From an uncultured Bacteroidota bacterium (GTDB lineage Bacteria; Bacteroidota; Bacteroidia; Bacteroidales; GCA-2748055), in the NCBI GenBank assembly GCA_963716765.1, contig CAVQUO010000021.1:141995-205994 (forward strand): a stretch of DNA of 64,000 nucleotides. The letters are read 5' to 3'. The position numbers and the translations under genes were made by a program. The notes under the pieces were generated by a model. The model was not told the origin of the DNA. It did not search any database and saw nothing but the letters and a program-made list of their open reading frames with translations. Of the stretch, positions 52,152 to 64,000 are shown in pieces (position 1 is the stretch's first letter; each line of letters starts with the position of its first letter).

Positions 52152-53207
52152 TTATACTACCGCCGCTTCCAGCAGTGCGAAACTGTTTTTGTCTGCATCC
52201 ATGGCTGCCCTGATCCCGATGGGAATGGTCACCATTCGTTTGATATGGCCAAAGGCACAGTCCGTAGGAGACCGGGATTCCCAGTGGAAGTAAGCAGATC
52301 GTCCAGGGCCTCCTTTAGGGAAAGGGTAGGTGCATCATTGATATTGCATTCTCCAAAGACCCCCATTACAATTCCTGCTGCCTTTTTCAGATTGGTACCC
52401 GACAGCAGGTGGAAAAGCATTTTATCCACCCGGTAGGTCTTCTCCCCGATCTCTTCCAGGTAGACAATCTTGTTCTCAAAATCGGGTTCAAAGCGGGTCC
52501 CGATGATGGAGTCCAGGACACTGATATTGCCCCCGATCAGGATGCTCCCTCAGCCCTTCCCCCGGTGATGGTATAACGGTCGATATTCAGGATTATCCCT
52601 GGTTCCTTTCTCTCGTTTATAGGGATATTTATAATTCCTGCGGCATCCATCAGCACCTTTTTCATGGATTTCACACTGAAGCGGTTAAAATCTGAGGTTC
52701 CCACCGGACCATGAAAGGTTACCAGTCCGGTCTCCTGGTATATGGCTGTAAGCAGTGCGGTAATATCGCTGTATCCAATAAAGACCTTTGGATTCTTTCG
52801 AATCAGATCATAATCCAGCAGATCCAGGATCCTGATGGAGCCATAACCGCCACGTACACACCAGATGCCATCCACATCCTCCCGGGTGAACATCTCCATC
52901 AGTTCATCGGCCCTCTCCGGGTCCTTTCCGGCAAAATAACCATATTCCGAGAGTACCGAATCCTTGTAGGTGGTTCGGAATCCCATCTCCTCCAGTTTGG
53001 CAGATACAGTCGTTTAGCTGCTCTTCAGTCACAGGACTTCCGGGTGTAACCAGTCCGATCAGATCTCCCTTCTTCAGCCGTCGGGAAGAATCCTCCCGGG
53101 CATGTTCAGCCTTCGAGGTAAATTCCTGCCTTAATCCCGAAGCTGAAGCCAGGGCCAGTGGCTGCCAGTGCAGCCGATTTCTTCAGAAATGATCTTCTGT
53201 CTGTCAT
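52152..53207 (-). CDS. LD-carboxypeptidase (peptidase S66) with Tat-like signal (frameshifted)
   Basis: MTDRRSFLKK start; ERADELM.MF, RGGYGS.RIL, FIGYSDITAL, TFHGP, YLEEIGE..YRVDKML. Confidence 0.88.
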
Positions 53208-53220
53208 ACAGCCCTATTGG

Positions 53221-54379
53221 TTAAGCTGCTAATTTTCTGATCCCGATTCCAGGCAGGTCATTCAGTGTAACCTTCCCATCCACCACCTTTACTCCTTCGT
53301 AGAGATCATTGCTGATTAGCAGGTTTCCATCCAGGTCGGCCCAGTCCACCAGGGGAGACAACTGCGAGGCTGCCGACACGGCACAGGAGGTCTCGGTCAT
53401 GCAGCCGATCATCACTTTCATATCCAGGGCCCTGGCCACGGTGATCATTTTGTGGGCCTCCCGCAAACCGGTGCTCTTCATTAACTTGATATTGATCCCC
53501 GAGTAGACCCCCTTAAATGCCGCCACATCGCCCAGGCGCTGAAAGGCCTCATCGGCAATAATGGGCAGGGGACTGTGTTGCTGTGAGCCAGGCCATATCA
53601 TCTACGGCTGTCTTTCGGGAGGGGCTGCTCCACAAACTCAATGCCCTGTTCCGCCAGCCAGTGGACCATCTCCAGGGCCTTCTGCTTATCATTCCATCCC
53701 TGGTTCACATCCACATAGATGGGAACATCGGTCACCGAACGCACCGTTTCGATCATCTCCCGGTCATTGCCTCCCCCCAGTTTTACCTTCAATACCCTGA
53801 AGCGTGCGGCTTCTTCGGTTTTAAGCTCTTACCACTTCTGGGGTATCGATGCCAATGGTAAAGGAGGTCATGGGAGTATTGTCGGGATTGATCCCCCAGA
53901 GCCTGTAAAGAGGTTTATCCACCAGCTTCCCGATCAGGTCATGCAGGGCAATATCCACACAGGCCTTGGCAGCACGGTTACCCTCATCCAGATGAATCCA
54001 CATAGGCCAGGATATCATCCAGCATAAAGGGATCCTTAAACTGTTCCAGGTCCACCTTGTTCAGGAATTTGATCACCGTCTCCTGCGATTCGCCCAGGTA
54101 GGGCGGCATGGAAGCTTCACCATAGCCGGTTATACCCTCATATTCAATCTCAGTTAGTACCACCGGAGTGGTATTCCTGGAAGTCCCTGCCACGGTAAAT
54201 GTGTGTCTCAACTGCAGCTCATAGGGCCTGAAACTCAATTTCATCCTCCCGTTTCCAATAACAGCCGGAGCGACTTCCCGAGGAGTGCCTTGAGTGAGGT
54301 ACAGGCAGCCTAGGGGCAGGGTGGTGGCCAGGGAAGCTGCTCCCACGCTTTTCAGAAAAGTTCTTCTTCCTTTTTTCAT
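53221..54379 (-). CDS. L-Ala-D/L-Glu dipeptide epimerase (enolase superfamily) with Tat-like signal (frameshifted)
   Basis: MKKGRRTFLKS; GYGEASMPPYLGES; AKACVDIALHDL; KVKLG; VD.NQGW; VEQP; ADE; NIKLMKSTG; GCMTETS; DLDG. Confidence 0.92.
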
Positions 54380-54405
54380 CCCTGCGATTCTGATTTATAA
54401 TCTCT

Positions 54406-55626
54406 TTATAAAATACATTTTCCGGGATATGGGCTGGAAACCCTTGCATAGTCCTCTCCGATGATCCGGATTGCCCTGCACAAAAATCTCCGGGTAGCTT
54501 TCAATGTAATTTCCCTGGTGCTGTCCATGCTGTTAATGCTTACCCGATCCCGGAATACCGGCTGCAGAATAAATGTCTCCCATCCCCCATATACATGGCC
54601 ACATGGCTTACTCTTTCCTTCTCTTCGCTTCGTGGCCTTTCTTCCAAAAAACAGAAGGTCTCCCGCTTCAAGGGTCCGAGGCCTCAAACTCAGTGGTAAT
54701 TTCCCGCCCGCATAGGGCCTGCATATCAGCATCCCTGGGCATTTGAATCCCGTTCATGAAGAAAACATTGGAAACAAATCCGCTGCAATCAAGGTTTTTG
54801 GAAGAGGCCCCTCCCCAGAGGTAGGGAATCCCATGGAAAGCCAGGGCAGTCTGAACCAGCTCCTCCTTAAAGGGCTTCTTATGGAATACTTCAGCAGCCG
54901 GGATCACCTCTGCCTTTTTCACCCAGGCCAGACGTCCGTCGGGATATTCCGTTTCATAAAATGCCTCCTTTTCTGAGAGCATCGGCAGACATGCATCCAA
55001 TCACCAGGTCGGCCACCGGCAAGGAGTTTTCATCGGGCTCAGAATAGGCAAAACCATACTGGGCAGTCAAAACTATTTTCTTCCTGCTTTTATAAGTCTC
55101 AAGTTCTTCCGGTTCCATCAAATGAACCTCATTGACATTCACCCATCCCATGTAAGCCATCAGGCACCTGGATAAGACATATCCCATCTTCCTCTTTCAG
55201 AATCCTGACAGGTGTACCCAGAAGGGCCTGGCTCACAAGCTCCGTTTTACTGCTGGGTGCTTTGCGCAAATGAGCCACAGAGTTATTTACCAGTGCATTC
55301 ACCAGCCTCCCGGGATTATCTTCAGGAAGCAGTTTTACCCGGTTTTCCACCCCGGGAAATTGTGTTCAGCTGACTGAGGAAGATATCGCATCATAGGCTT
55401 GCCCTGCTGGCCACTTCCCCTTCCAGGCTAAGGATCCTGTCTGTCTTGTTGAGCGGACAGCGTGCCACAGTTCCACCCGACCATCGGGAGCAAACTGGAG
55501 TTCCAGAGAATCCAGGAGAGTTGGTCCATGGCAACAATGGTCCGGTCTGCCTTTGAAGTGCAGGCCGCAAATAAGCAAGGTGAAAACAAGAAGGTTCAAG
55601 GGCTCCTTTTACTCAGTATTTTTCAT
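54406..55626 (-). CDS. NlpC/P60 (C40) gamma-D-Glu-mDAP endopeptidase with SH3b domains, YkfC-like (frameshifted)
   Basis: SVAHLR..PS...ELVSQALLGTP; PDGR.AWV; GIPYLWGG.S.K..DCSGF; PRDA..Q; GDLLFFG. Confidence 0.88.
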
Positions 55627-55807
55627 AGTTTGATCCTAGCTGCTCAATGATATGAAAATGCTTCGAATGGAATCAAAAATAACCAATTTATGCGGATAGC
55701 GTATTTAGTTTGATTCTCAATAGCGGAAATCCTAATTTCATTTGTCTCTAAACAAGCAGACGGTTGGCTATATTCGTATCTTAAAATGACACTTCAAACT
55801 AGCATAT

Positions 55808-56714
55808 ATGGAAAGTAAATCCAGAAGAAATTTCATGAAAACACTGGGGGCATCCATGGGTGCTGCAGGTGTTCTGGGAGGCAGCTCCATCTTAAGTTCC
55901 TGCAACCAGGTGGAAGCGTTTCGGGCGATAAAATCACACTGCTTACCTCCAGCGGCGAACTGGTTGAGGTGGACAAGAGCCAGTTAAAACCTGCCGAGAT
56001 GCCATCTCTTTCCGAAAACCAAAAAAGGGGAAGGAAAGGAATGCCCGGAAGAAGCTGGGTAATGGTCATTGATCTTTCCAAGTGCCGGAATGCCCGGGAG
56101 TGTATGAAAGCCTGCCAGAGCCACCATCAGCTACGTCCCGAACAGCACCATATCAATGTCTTGCAGATGCAGGATTCGGAAGCATACTGCACCCTATTAC
56201 ATGCCAAAACCCTGTCAGCATTGCGACAATCCTCCCTGCACAAAGGTATGCCCGGTAAATGCCACTTTTAAACGGGAAGACGGCATTGTGCTGATTGACA
56301 ATGAACGTTGCATCGGCTGCCGTTTCTGCATAGCTGCCTGTCCCTATTCGGCCAGGGTATTTAACTGGTTTGAACCCAGGGATGCAGAAAAATACGAAGG
56401 GGTTACTTATAATATTGAGGCCAATGTTCCCCAGAAAAAAGGGACCATTTCCAAATGCCTTTTCAGTGCCGACCGCCTGAGGGACGGACAAGCTTCCCTC
56501 CTGCGTTTCGGCCTGTCCAAACGGGGTTTACTGGTTTGGCGACCGCAATGAAGATGCCGTAACCAACGGAACCACCAAGGAAACCGTATCCTTCAGCAAA
56601 CTATTGAAGAAGGATGCCGCCTATACCCTTATGAAGGAACTGGGAACCAAACCCCGGGTCTATTATCTGCCGCCCAAAGACCGGGCATTTCCATTCCAGG
56701 GCGACCAAAGCTAA
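55808..56714 (+). CDS. Tat-exported 4Fe-4S dicluster protein, NrfC/DmsB/PsrB-like (frameshifted)
   Basis: [80 protein letters not shown]. Confidence 0.88.
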
Positions 56715-56736
56715 CAGCATTTAAAAATCAGTACAG

Positions 56737-58101
56737 ATGAATAAAATTGAATCTCCTGAAGAATCAAGGAAAGTACTGGATAAGATTGTTTCCGACCTGA
56801 CCCGTTCCATTACCAAAAAGGATGAACTGACCAGGTTCTGGTTTTTCATCCTGATCATGTTTGCGGGCGTCGGAATCTGGGGCTGGATTATCCAGATTAA
56901 AAACGGACTGGGAGTTACAGGGATGGGTGATTATGTTTCCTGGGGACTGTACATGGCCAATTTTGTCTTTTTCGTGGCAGTCAGCCTGGTGGGTCTGCTG
57001 ATCAGCTTCTGTTCTGCAATTGCTGAAATATCAGCTGGGCCAAACCCATCTCCCGGGCAGCTGAACAAATTGCCATTGCCGCAGTGGCACTTGCGGGAAT
57101 TATTATTGTAATGGATATGGGACGGCCCGACAGGCTGCTCAATGTCTTTTTCCATGGAAGGTTTGCCTCCCCCATTGTGTGGGACCTTACCGTGGTTTCA
57201 ACCTACCTGGCCATTTCGGTCTTGCTTTTCTACCTGCCGTTGATTCCCGACCTGGCCCTGCTGCGCGACAGGCCGGCTCCAGGCATTCCACAAGTGGAAA
57301 CTTAAAGCTGTACAAAATACTTGCCCTGGGATGGAAGGGAAATGAGCAACAGTACAAGACAGTGTCACCATGCCCTCCGGGTACTGATGATCCTGATTAT
57401 CCCGGTTGGTTTGTCCATCCATACGGTAACTTCCTGGCTGTTTGCAGCCACACTTCGCCCGGGTTGGGACAGCACCATTTTCGGCCCCTACTTTGTGGTT
57501 GGCGCCTTTGTGGCCGGAACTGCAGCCCTGATCATCCTGATGTATGTTTATCGACTGCGGTATGGATTGAAAGACTATTTCGAAGATCTTCATTTCGACA
57601 AGATGGGAAAACTTCTGGTTCTGGTTTGCCTGGTTTACCTCTACTTCAATATCAATGAATTCCTGGTACCGGTATATAAGATGAAGCTGGCCGAAGGGAT
57701 TCATCTGAAAACTCTTTTCACCGGGAGGTATGCCTTTCTTTTCTGGTTTGTCCAGATTGCGGGACTGGTACTTCCCATCATGCTGATCGTGTTGAAATTT
57801 TTCCGGAAACCACTTCCACTGGCCATAATTTCGGTGGTGGTCCTGGTATCTGCCTGGTTCAAAAGGTATCTGATTGTTATCCCCACCCTGGAGCATCCCT
57901 TTCTGCCCGTGCAGAATGTGCCTGAACATTTTCACCATTATCACGCCCACCAGTACCGAGATGATGATCATGCTCTTTTCATTTTTTGCATCCCTCCTGA
58001 TTATTTCGATTCTGGCCAAACTCTTCCCGGTCATTACCATTTGGGAATATGCAGAAGAAAAGGGGATTGACAAAAAATACCTGAGTGAAAAAACCCAATA
58101 A
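56737..58101 (+). CDS. NrfD/PsrC/ActC family quinol-interacting membrane protein (frameshifted)
   Basis: GLGVTGM...SWGLY.ANFVFF; DMGRPDR; SP.VWD; HTVTSW.F....RPGW.S.IFGPYFV.GA; W.KRY.IV.P. Confidence 0.88.
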
Positions 58102-58110
58102 GAAATAGCC

Positions 58111-59003
58111 ATGAAAAGAACGACAATATATATTTCGGGGCTCCTGCTCTTATTTGCTGCACCACAGCTCATGGGTCAGGATTGGCTGGTTCCTGCGAGG
58201 AAGCTGCCAGAAAATAATCCATCAGCCTATACCCTTGAAAATGTAAAAAACGGGAGAGGCGATCTATACCACGCAACTGTAAATCGTGCCATGGCGATCC
58301 GGGCAAAAACAATCCCCTGGCCCTGGTCCCGCTGCCGGTTGATATTGCTTCTGAGAGGATGCAGGACAATACCGAAGGAGCTCTGTTTTACAAAATTACC
58401 AATGGCAAGGGGGTCATGCCTCCCTTCCATTCGACCATTTCGGAAGATGACCGCTGGATGCTGGTGAATTTTATCAAGAACTACAGTCCCGACCGGGAAG
58501 CACTGCTGGATCGACGCACCTCCCATCAAGGCCAAACTTCTGGCTTCGGTAAACCAGGAGACAGGATTCCGTTGAGATTCTTGCTGAATACGAGGGTGAA
58601 AATGCCGAGTACCTGAGCCTTACCGGAGTGCCCGGTTAGTATAAGTTCCAAGCAAAGCATTTGGCAATATCCCACATTGGACAGGCCATCACCAATGACA
58701 TTGGAAGGGCTGAATTCATCATCCCGGAAGATGTGATCGGCGATGAAGAGGGATATATCAGTATTGTGGTATCTCTGGATGAGAATTACGAAGCTCAGGA
58801 AGTGGCGCTTGAAAAGGCACTGGTAGGGAAACCCAAGGAAGTTCCCAGACTGATCCAGCCGGAAGTGCTCTGGTCCACCAATGAAAACGTCTCAACTATG
58901 GTTGCTCCTTTCATACATTCTGGCAGCCGGTGGAGCATGGTTGGTCATCGGATATGTCATATTTCAGATTATTAAAATTAAACGGTACAGCAAATCATCA
59001 TAG
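58111..59003 (+). CDS. monoheme cytochrome c with Ig-like extension and C-terminal TM (frameshifted)
   Basis: aac tgt aaa tcg tgc cat = NCKSCH near 58275; G.LFYKITNGKG.MPPF....EDDRW.LV.FI; C-terminal hydrophobic helix. Confidence 0.7.
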
Positions 59004-59012
59004 ATACATCAA

Positions 59013-59199
59013 ATGAATATTTTTTACCTGTTAATCGGAGTCAGTTTATTTGCCGCACTTATTTTTTTAGGGTGCATTTATCTGGGCTGTTCGAAACGGA
59101 CAGTTCGATGATAATGAGACTCCGGCAAGACGCATTCTTTTTGATGATGATGTCATTGAAGCAGAGGAAAATGATACCGGAACCGAACAAACGAATTAA
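59013..59199 (+). CDS. ccoS: cbb3-type oxidase maturation protein CcoS (frameshifted; not in ORF track)
   Basis: [42 protein letters not shown]. Confidence 0.85.
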
Positions 59200-59210
59200 G
59201 AACAGAATCT

Positions 59211-61382
59211 ATGGAAAATCAGAAATTCTATTACGATAATAAAATTGTAAAGCTCTTTATCCTGGCCACCATCATCTGGGGTGTGGTGGCTGTCCTGGTC
59301 GGTGTGCTGATTGCCTGTCAGCTGGCCTTTCCGGCATTTAATTTCGGACTGGAATACACATCCTTTGGCAGGATGAGGCCCCTGCATACCAATGCTGTGA
59401 TTTTTGCCTTTGTGGGTAATGCCATTTTTGCAGGAGTTTACTATTCCATGCAAAAGCTTCTGAAAGCACGCATGTTCAGTGATGTGCTCAGTAAAATCCA
59501 TTTCTGGGGATGGCAGCTCATCATCGTGCTTGCAGCTGTGACCTTTGCCCTGGGAATCACCACCTCAAAAGAATATGCAGAACTGGAATGGCCCATCGAT
59601 ATTCTGGTGGCTGTGGTCTGGGTGATTTTCGGATGGAACATGATCGGAACCATTGTCAAACGCAGGGTGCAACATATTTATGCAGCCATCTGGTGGTACC
59701 TGGCTACCTTCCTGGGGGTAGCCATTCTGCATGTGGTCAATTCCTTTGAACTTCCCATATCGCTTTTTAAAAGTTACTCCATTTATGCCGGAGCACAGGA
59801 TGCCGTGGTTCAGTGGTGGTACGGTCACAATGCAGTGGCTTTTTTCCTGACCACCCCCTTTCTGGGTTTGATGTACTATTATCTTCCCAAGGCAGCCAAC
59901 CGTCCCATTTATTCCTACCGGCTATCCATTATTCATTTCTGGTCGCTGATCTTCCTTTACATGTGGGCCGGACCCCACCACCTGCTTTACCAGGCCCTGC
60001 CCGATTGGGTACAGGCACTGGGGGTCACCTTTTCCATCATGCTGATCGCCCCTTCCTGGGGAGGAATGATCAATGGCCTGCTCACCCTGCAGGGGAGCAT
60101 GGGACAAGGTACGCGACAGTGCGGCCCTGAAGTTTTTGGTGGTGGCAGTGACTGCCTATGGAATGTCCACCTTTGAAGGTCCCATGATGTCGCTGAAAAA
60201 TGTGAACCAGATTACCCACTTTACCGACTGGACCATTGCCCATACCCATATTGCAGGGATGGCCTGGAACGGTGGTATTGTATTCGGAATGCTTTACTGG
60301 CTCGTTCCCAAGACTATTCAGGACAAAATTATATTCGGAAAAACTGGCAAATGCCCACTTCTGGATCGCCACCCTGTCCATTCTTGTGTATGCCATCCCG
60401 CTTTACTGGTCGGCCGTTACCCAGTGGTTAATGCTGAGGGAATATACACCTGAAGGATTCCTGGCCTATCCAAATTTCCTGGAAACCCTGACCCAGATTC
60501 TTCCCATGTATACCCTCAGGATTATCAGCGGTGTGATGTTCCTCACCGGTTTCCTGCTCATGGTCTACAACCTCTTTAAAACCATGGCTGCCGGATCGGT
60601 GGAAGACAATGAAGCTGCTGAGGCTCCGGCCCTGGTATAGGCGGGTGCCACGAAATCCCGTGAAGGAAACGGTTCACCGCTGGATGGAAAGAAAGGCTGT
60701 TCGTTTTTCCATCTGGGTTTTTATCGCCCTTTTCATTGGAGGTGCGGTTCAGATCATCCCCATGATTTTCATCAAATCAAACATTCCCACCATTGATGCG
60801 GTCACACCCTACACTCCCCTGGAACTGGAGGGACGCGATATTTACATCAAAGAAGGGTGTTACACCTGTCACTCACAGCAAATCAGTCCATTCCGCTGGG
60901 AGACCGACCGCTATGGAGATTATTCCAAAATCGGAGAATTTGTCTACGATCATCCCTTTCTGTGGGGATCACGCAGAACAGGACCCGATCTGGCGCGGGC
61001 AGGTTATGTGAACGGACCCATGTATAAAAATGCAGCCTGGCATTACAACCATTTTATGGATCCTCAGAAAATGAATGAGCAATCCATCATGCCACAGCTA
61101 CGACTGGTTTGCAAAAGAAGATATCAACCTGGATATGACTCCCGACAAAGATCAGGGCCATGCAAACCCTGGGGGTACCCTACCCTGAAGGATATGATGA
61201 GGATGGCAGTGGATGAACTGCTGTGGCAGGCAGAACAGATTGTGGCGGAACTTAAAGCCTCCGGAATCGACATTGAACCAACCAAACAAATGGTGGCCAT
61301 GATTGCCTACCTGCATAAGCTGGGCGGGGATATAGAGCCCAATATGAACCCAAAACCTGAAAGCCATGAAGCTGGTGAGTAA
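59211..61382 (+). CDS. ccoN: cbb3-type cytochrome c oxidase subunits I+II, probably fused CcoNO (frameshifted)
   Basis: [74 protein letters not shown]; no separate ccoO start evident. Confidence 0.93.
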
Positions 61383-61560
61383 TTTGTTGGAAAGCATGAC
61401 GGGCATTCACATTTTTTATGTGATGGGCCTTCTTATTTTCCTGACTCTCTTTATCATCATTGTCATCCGGACCATGCGAAGACCCGCAGCAGAGATGAAT
61501 GAGTATAAAGAATCCATTTTTAATGATAATGATCTCGGAAGAGTCCATGATATCTTAAAT
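61366..61560 (+). CDS. ccoQ: cbb3 oxidase small subunit CcoQ-like
   Basis: Single TM protein (LESMTGIHIFYV.GL.IF..LFI.IV) between ccoO and ccoP; 3' end uncertain. Confidence 0.7.
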
Positions 61561-61568
61561 ATAAGGGT

Positions 61569-62160
61569 ATGGAAGAGAATACTCAAAATGAGCAGAAACG
61601 AAGCACCCAGGAGGTGGATGAGCATTTGACGGAACATAATTACGATGGAATCCAGGAACTGGACAATCCGCCACCCAGGTGGATCATGATGATATTCTAT
61701 CTTACCATCGGTTTCTCCATCATCTATGCAGCCTATTTCTTCTGGCTGGATGTGGGCGACCACCAGGATGCCCGGTATGTCAAAAAATCGGAGATGCACG
61801 AAGCCAGGTACCAGTTGGCCAGTCGAGTCCGGCGACGAGATGATGGCCCTGACCGATGCAGCAGATCTCGAGGAAGGCAAGAAGATCTACAAGGAAATGA
61901 GCTGCTTTGCCTGTCACGGAATGAGTGGGAGAAGGAAATGCCATTGGTCCCAATCTTACCGATGATACCTGGATCAATGGATGTGATTTCCAGAGTCGTT
62001 TTCAATATTATTAAGAACGGGAATCCGGCCAAAGGAATGACCGCCTTTAAAACCCAGCTCAGCGATACCAGGATCCAGAAGGTCGCCAGTTATGTGGTGA
62101 GCCTGAAGGGAAGCAATCCTCCCAATGCCAAAGGCCCCACAGGGGGAAGCATGTGAATAA
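61569..62160 (+). CDS. ccoP: cbb3 oxidase subunit III CcoP, single heme (frameshifted)
   Basis: HNYDGIQELDNPPPRW, CFACHG, IGPNLTD..W, IKNG.PAKGM. Confidence 0.9.
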
Positions 62161-63526
62161 GGAGGAACTTTCATTCCGGGACCGGCCCATCAACCTGGAC
62201 GAACAGCGGGAGCCGGAAGTGGGTATATGCAAAAAAGCCCAAAGGGAAATGGTACACCCGCCGAACCATCTTCAGCTGGTTTGTACTCCTGTTCTTCATT
62301 GCAGTACCCTTTATCAGGATCAATGGAAATCCTTTTATCCTGCTGGATATTGCCAGCCGGAAATTCATCCTTTTCGGAGCCATTTTCTGGGCCCAGGACA
62401 CCCTGATCCTGGCCCTGCTGATGCTTTCCTTCATCCTGTTCATCATCCTGTTTACAGTAACCTTCGGAAGACTATGGTGCGGCTGGGCCTGTCCGCAGAC
62501 CATTTTCCTGGAAATGGTATTCCGGAAAGATTGAATACCTGATTGAAGGAGATTACCGAAAGCGACATGGCACTGGACAAGGGGCCCTGGACAGGTGAAA
62601 AAATATTTAAAAAAGCCGTCAAAGCATTCCATCTTCATCCTGATCTCCGTGGCCATGACCAATACCTTCCTGCTCTGGTTCATTGGAAGCTGAAAAGTGG
62701 TTTGAACTGATTTCTGAACCCATTTCAGCCAATCTTTCCGGCTTTCTGATCATGTTGCTTGTCTCGGCTTTCTTTTACTGGGTATACTCCTGGTTCCGGG
62801 AGCAGATCTGCACCATGGTTTGTCCCTACGGACGCATGCAGGGAGTTCTGCTCGATTCCAGATCCAGTTGTGGTCTCCTACGATTACAAACGGGGAGAAC
62901 CCAGGGGGGCAAAAAGTGAAGGAGATTGCATTGATTGCAGGCAGTGCATTTCGGTGTGCCCCACAGCCATCGATATCCGAAACGGCACCCAGCTGGAGTG
63001 CATCAACTGCACCGCCTGCATCGACCAGTGCAACCAGGTCATGAAAGCCACAAAAAAAGATCCGGGCCTGATTCGTTTTGATTCGGAAATGGGAATCAGG
63101 GAAGGACATACAATCGATCTGGAATGCCAGGAACAGGGCTTATTCGGTGGTATTGCTGATCCTTTTTTCTTTTTTCATCTACACCCTGGTCTCACGGCCC
63201 AGTCATCGAAACCACCATCCTCCGGACCCCGGGCTTGCTTTACCAGGAAAATCCCGACCAGACCATTTCCAATGTGTACAACATCAAGATTGTCAACAAA
63301 ACACATGACATACTACCCCTGGAACTCCGACTGATTTCCCATGAAGGAGAGATTAAAATGGCAGGAGGCAAAATGGAAATTAATGACCAGTCCATGTTTG
63401 AATCCACCTTTATTCTTTATCTTCACAGGGACCAAATAACAGTCCGACCGGATGAAAGTGGAATTCGGCATTTACAGTAATAACGAGCTCATTGAGACCT
63501 GTAAAGTTTCTTTTATAGGTCCCTGA
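62153..63526 (+). CDS. ccoG: cbb3 oxidase accessory Fe-S protein CcoG (frameshifted)
   Basis: GRLWCGWACPQT.F, REQICT.VCPYGR.Q, CIDC.QC..VCPT.IDIR.G.QLECINCTACID.C. Confidence 0.92.
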
Positions 63527-63539
63527 AAAAAACAGAGTT

Positions 63540-63986
63540 ATGAAGTTTCACTGGGGAACAGGCATCCTCATATTCCTTATTCTGTTCCTGCTTGCAGCAG
63601 GATTTTTCATTGCCTTTGCCATGAGACAGGAGCGTGACCTGGTTCATGAGGATTATTATGAAAGGGGGGTTGACCACAGCGATCACAGATGGAAGTGCAG
63701 AAACGCTCAGCACCCTACCAGGATGCTCTATACAAGGCAGGATTCGAGTTGAGCGCTTTGCAGATGAGTGTTGAGCAGACACCTGGCCGCAAGATGGATT
63801 CGGCCAGACTACTGCTTTACCGGCCTTCGAACAAAACCTGGACATGAACATTCCCTTCGATGCCGTCAAGAGGAGAGCTGGTGATCCCCATGGAGAGGCT
63901 CGAATCCGGGAAGGTACATTCTGAAAATTAGCTGGTCCTTCGAAGGATTCAAATACGAGATTGAACACACGGTAGTTATCAATTAA
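63540..63986 (+). CDS. ccoH: FixH/CcoH family protein (frameshifted)
   Basis: MKFHWGTGI..F..LF...DLV.EDYYE.G; LYRPS; position after ccoG. Confidence 0.82.
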
Positions 63987-64000
63987 ACTTGCAAGATCGC

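Noticed and set aside
57198..58172. 324-aa minus-strand ORF and similar long antisense ORFs in the track
   Set aside because: They overlap well-supported genes on the opposite strand and lack motifs.
60630..60660. Separate ccoN and ccoO genes because of the stop at 60640
   Set aside because: No convincing ccoO start, the linker resembles fused Bacteroidota CcoNO, and the region is frameshift-prone.

Overview
Chromosomal window from a Bacteroidota bacterium, probably Bacteroidales/Marinilabiliales-like (T9SS cargo genes, rseC-rnfBCDGEA, fused ccoNO, TAnnTTTG promoters). Both flanks (about 1-17.8 kb and 49.5-64 kb) carry many single-base frameshifts even in core genes (recG, ccoN), while 18-49.5 kb is almost clean. 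I read these as consensus errors and reconstructed genes across them, so boundaries there are approximate. Layout: pduO-type adenosyltransferase, ABC ATPase, methyltransferase and recG; an ~18 kb AT-richer accessory block between recG and a convergent LytS-type histidine kinase; M28 peptidase-barrel fusion; Rnf operon; assorted envelope and metabolic genes; a VWA/ECF sigma/anti-sigma-TonB locus; tRNA-Ser(CGA) with a tRNA-linked repeat; a murein-peptide recycling cluster; and a Fe-S/NrfD/cytochrome c module leading into a cbb3 oxidase operon. The best candidate for an undescribed system is the accessory block. It holds a T9SS type-B adhesin (13 x 249-bp repeats) with PorP/SprF and PorE-like partners, followed by two convergent paralogous gene pairs. 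Each pair is an uncharacterised secreted ~330-aa protein plus a beta-propeller/Y_Y_Y sensor, one with a His-kinase output and the other with a PP2C/SpoIIE phosphatase output. Synonymously diverged scars of recG and of the kinase mark the block as a serial-insertion hotspot.
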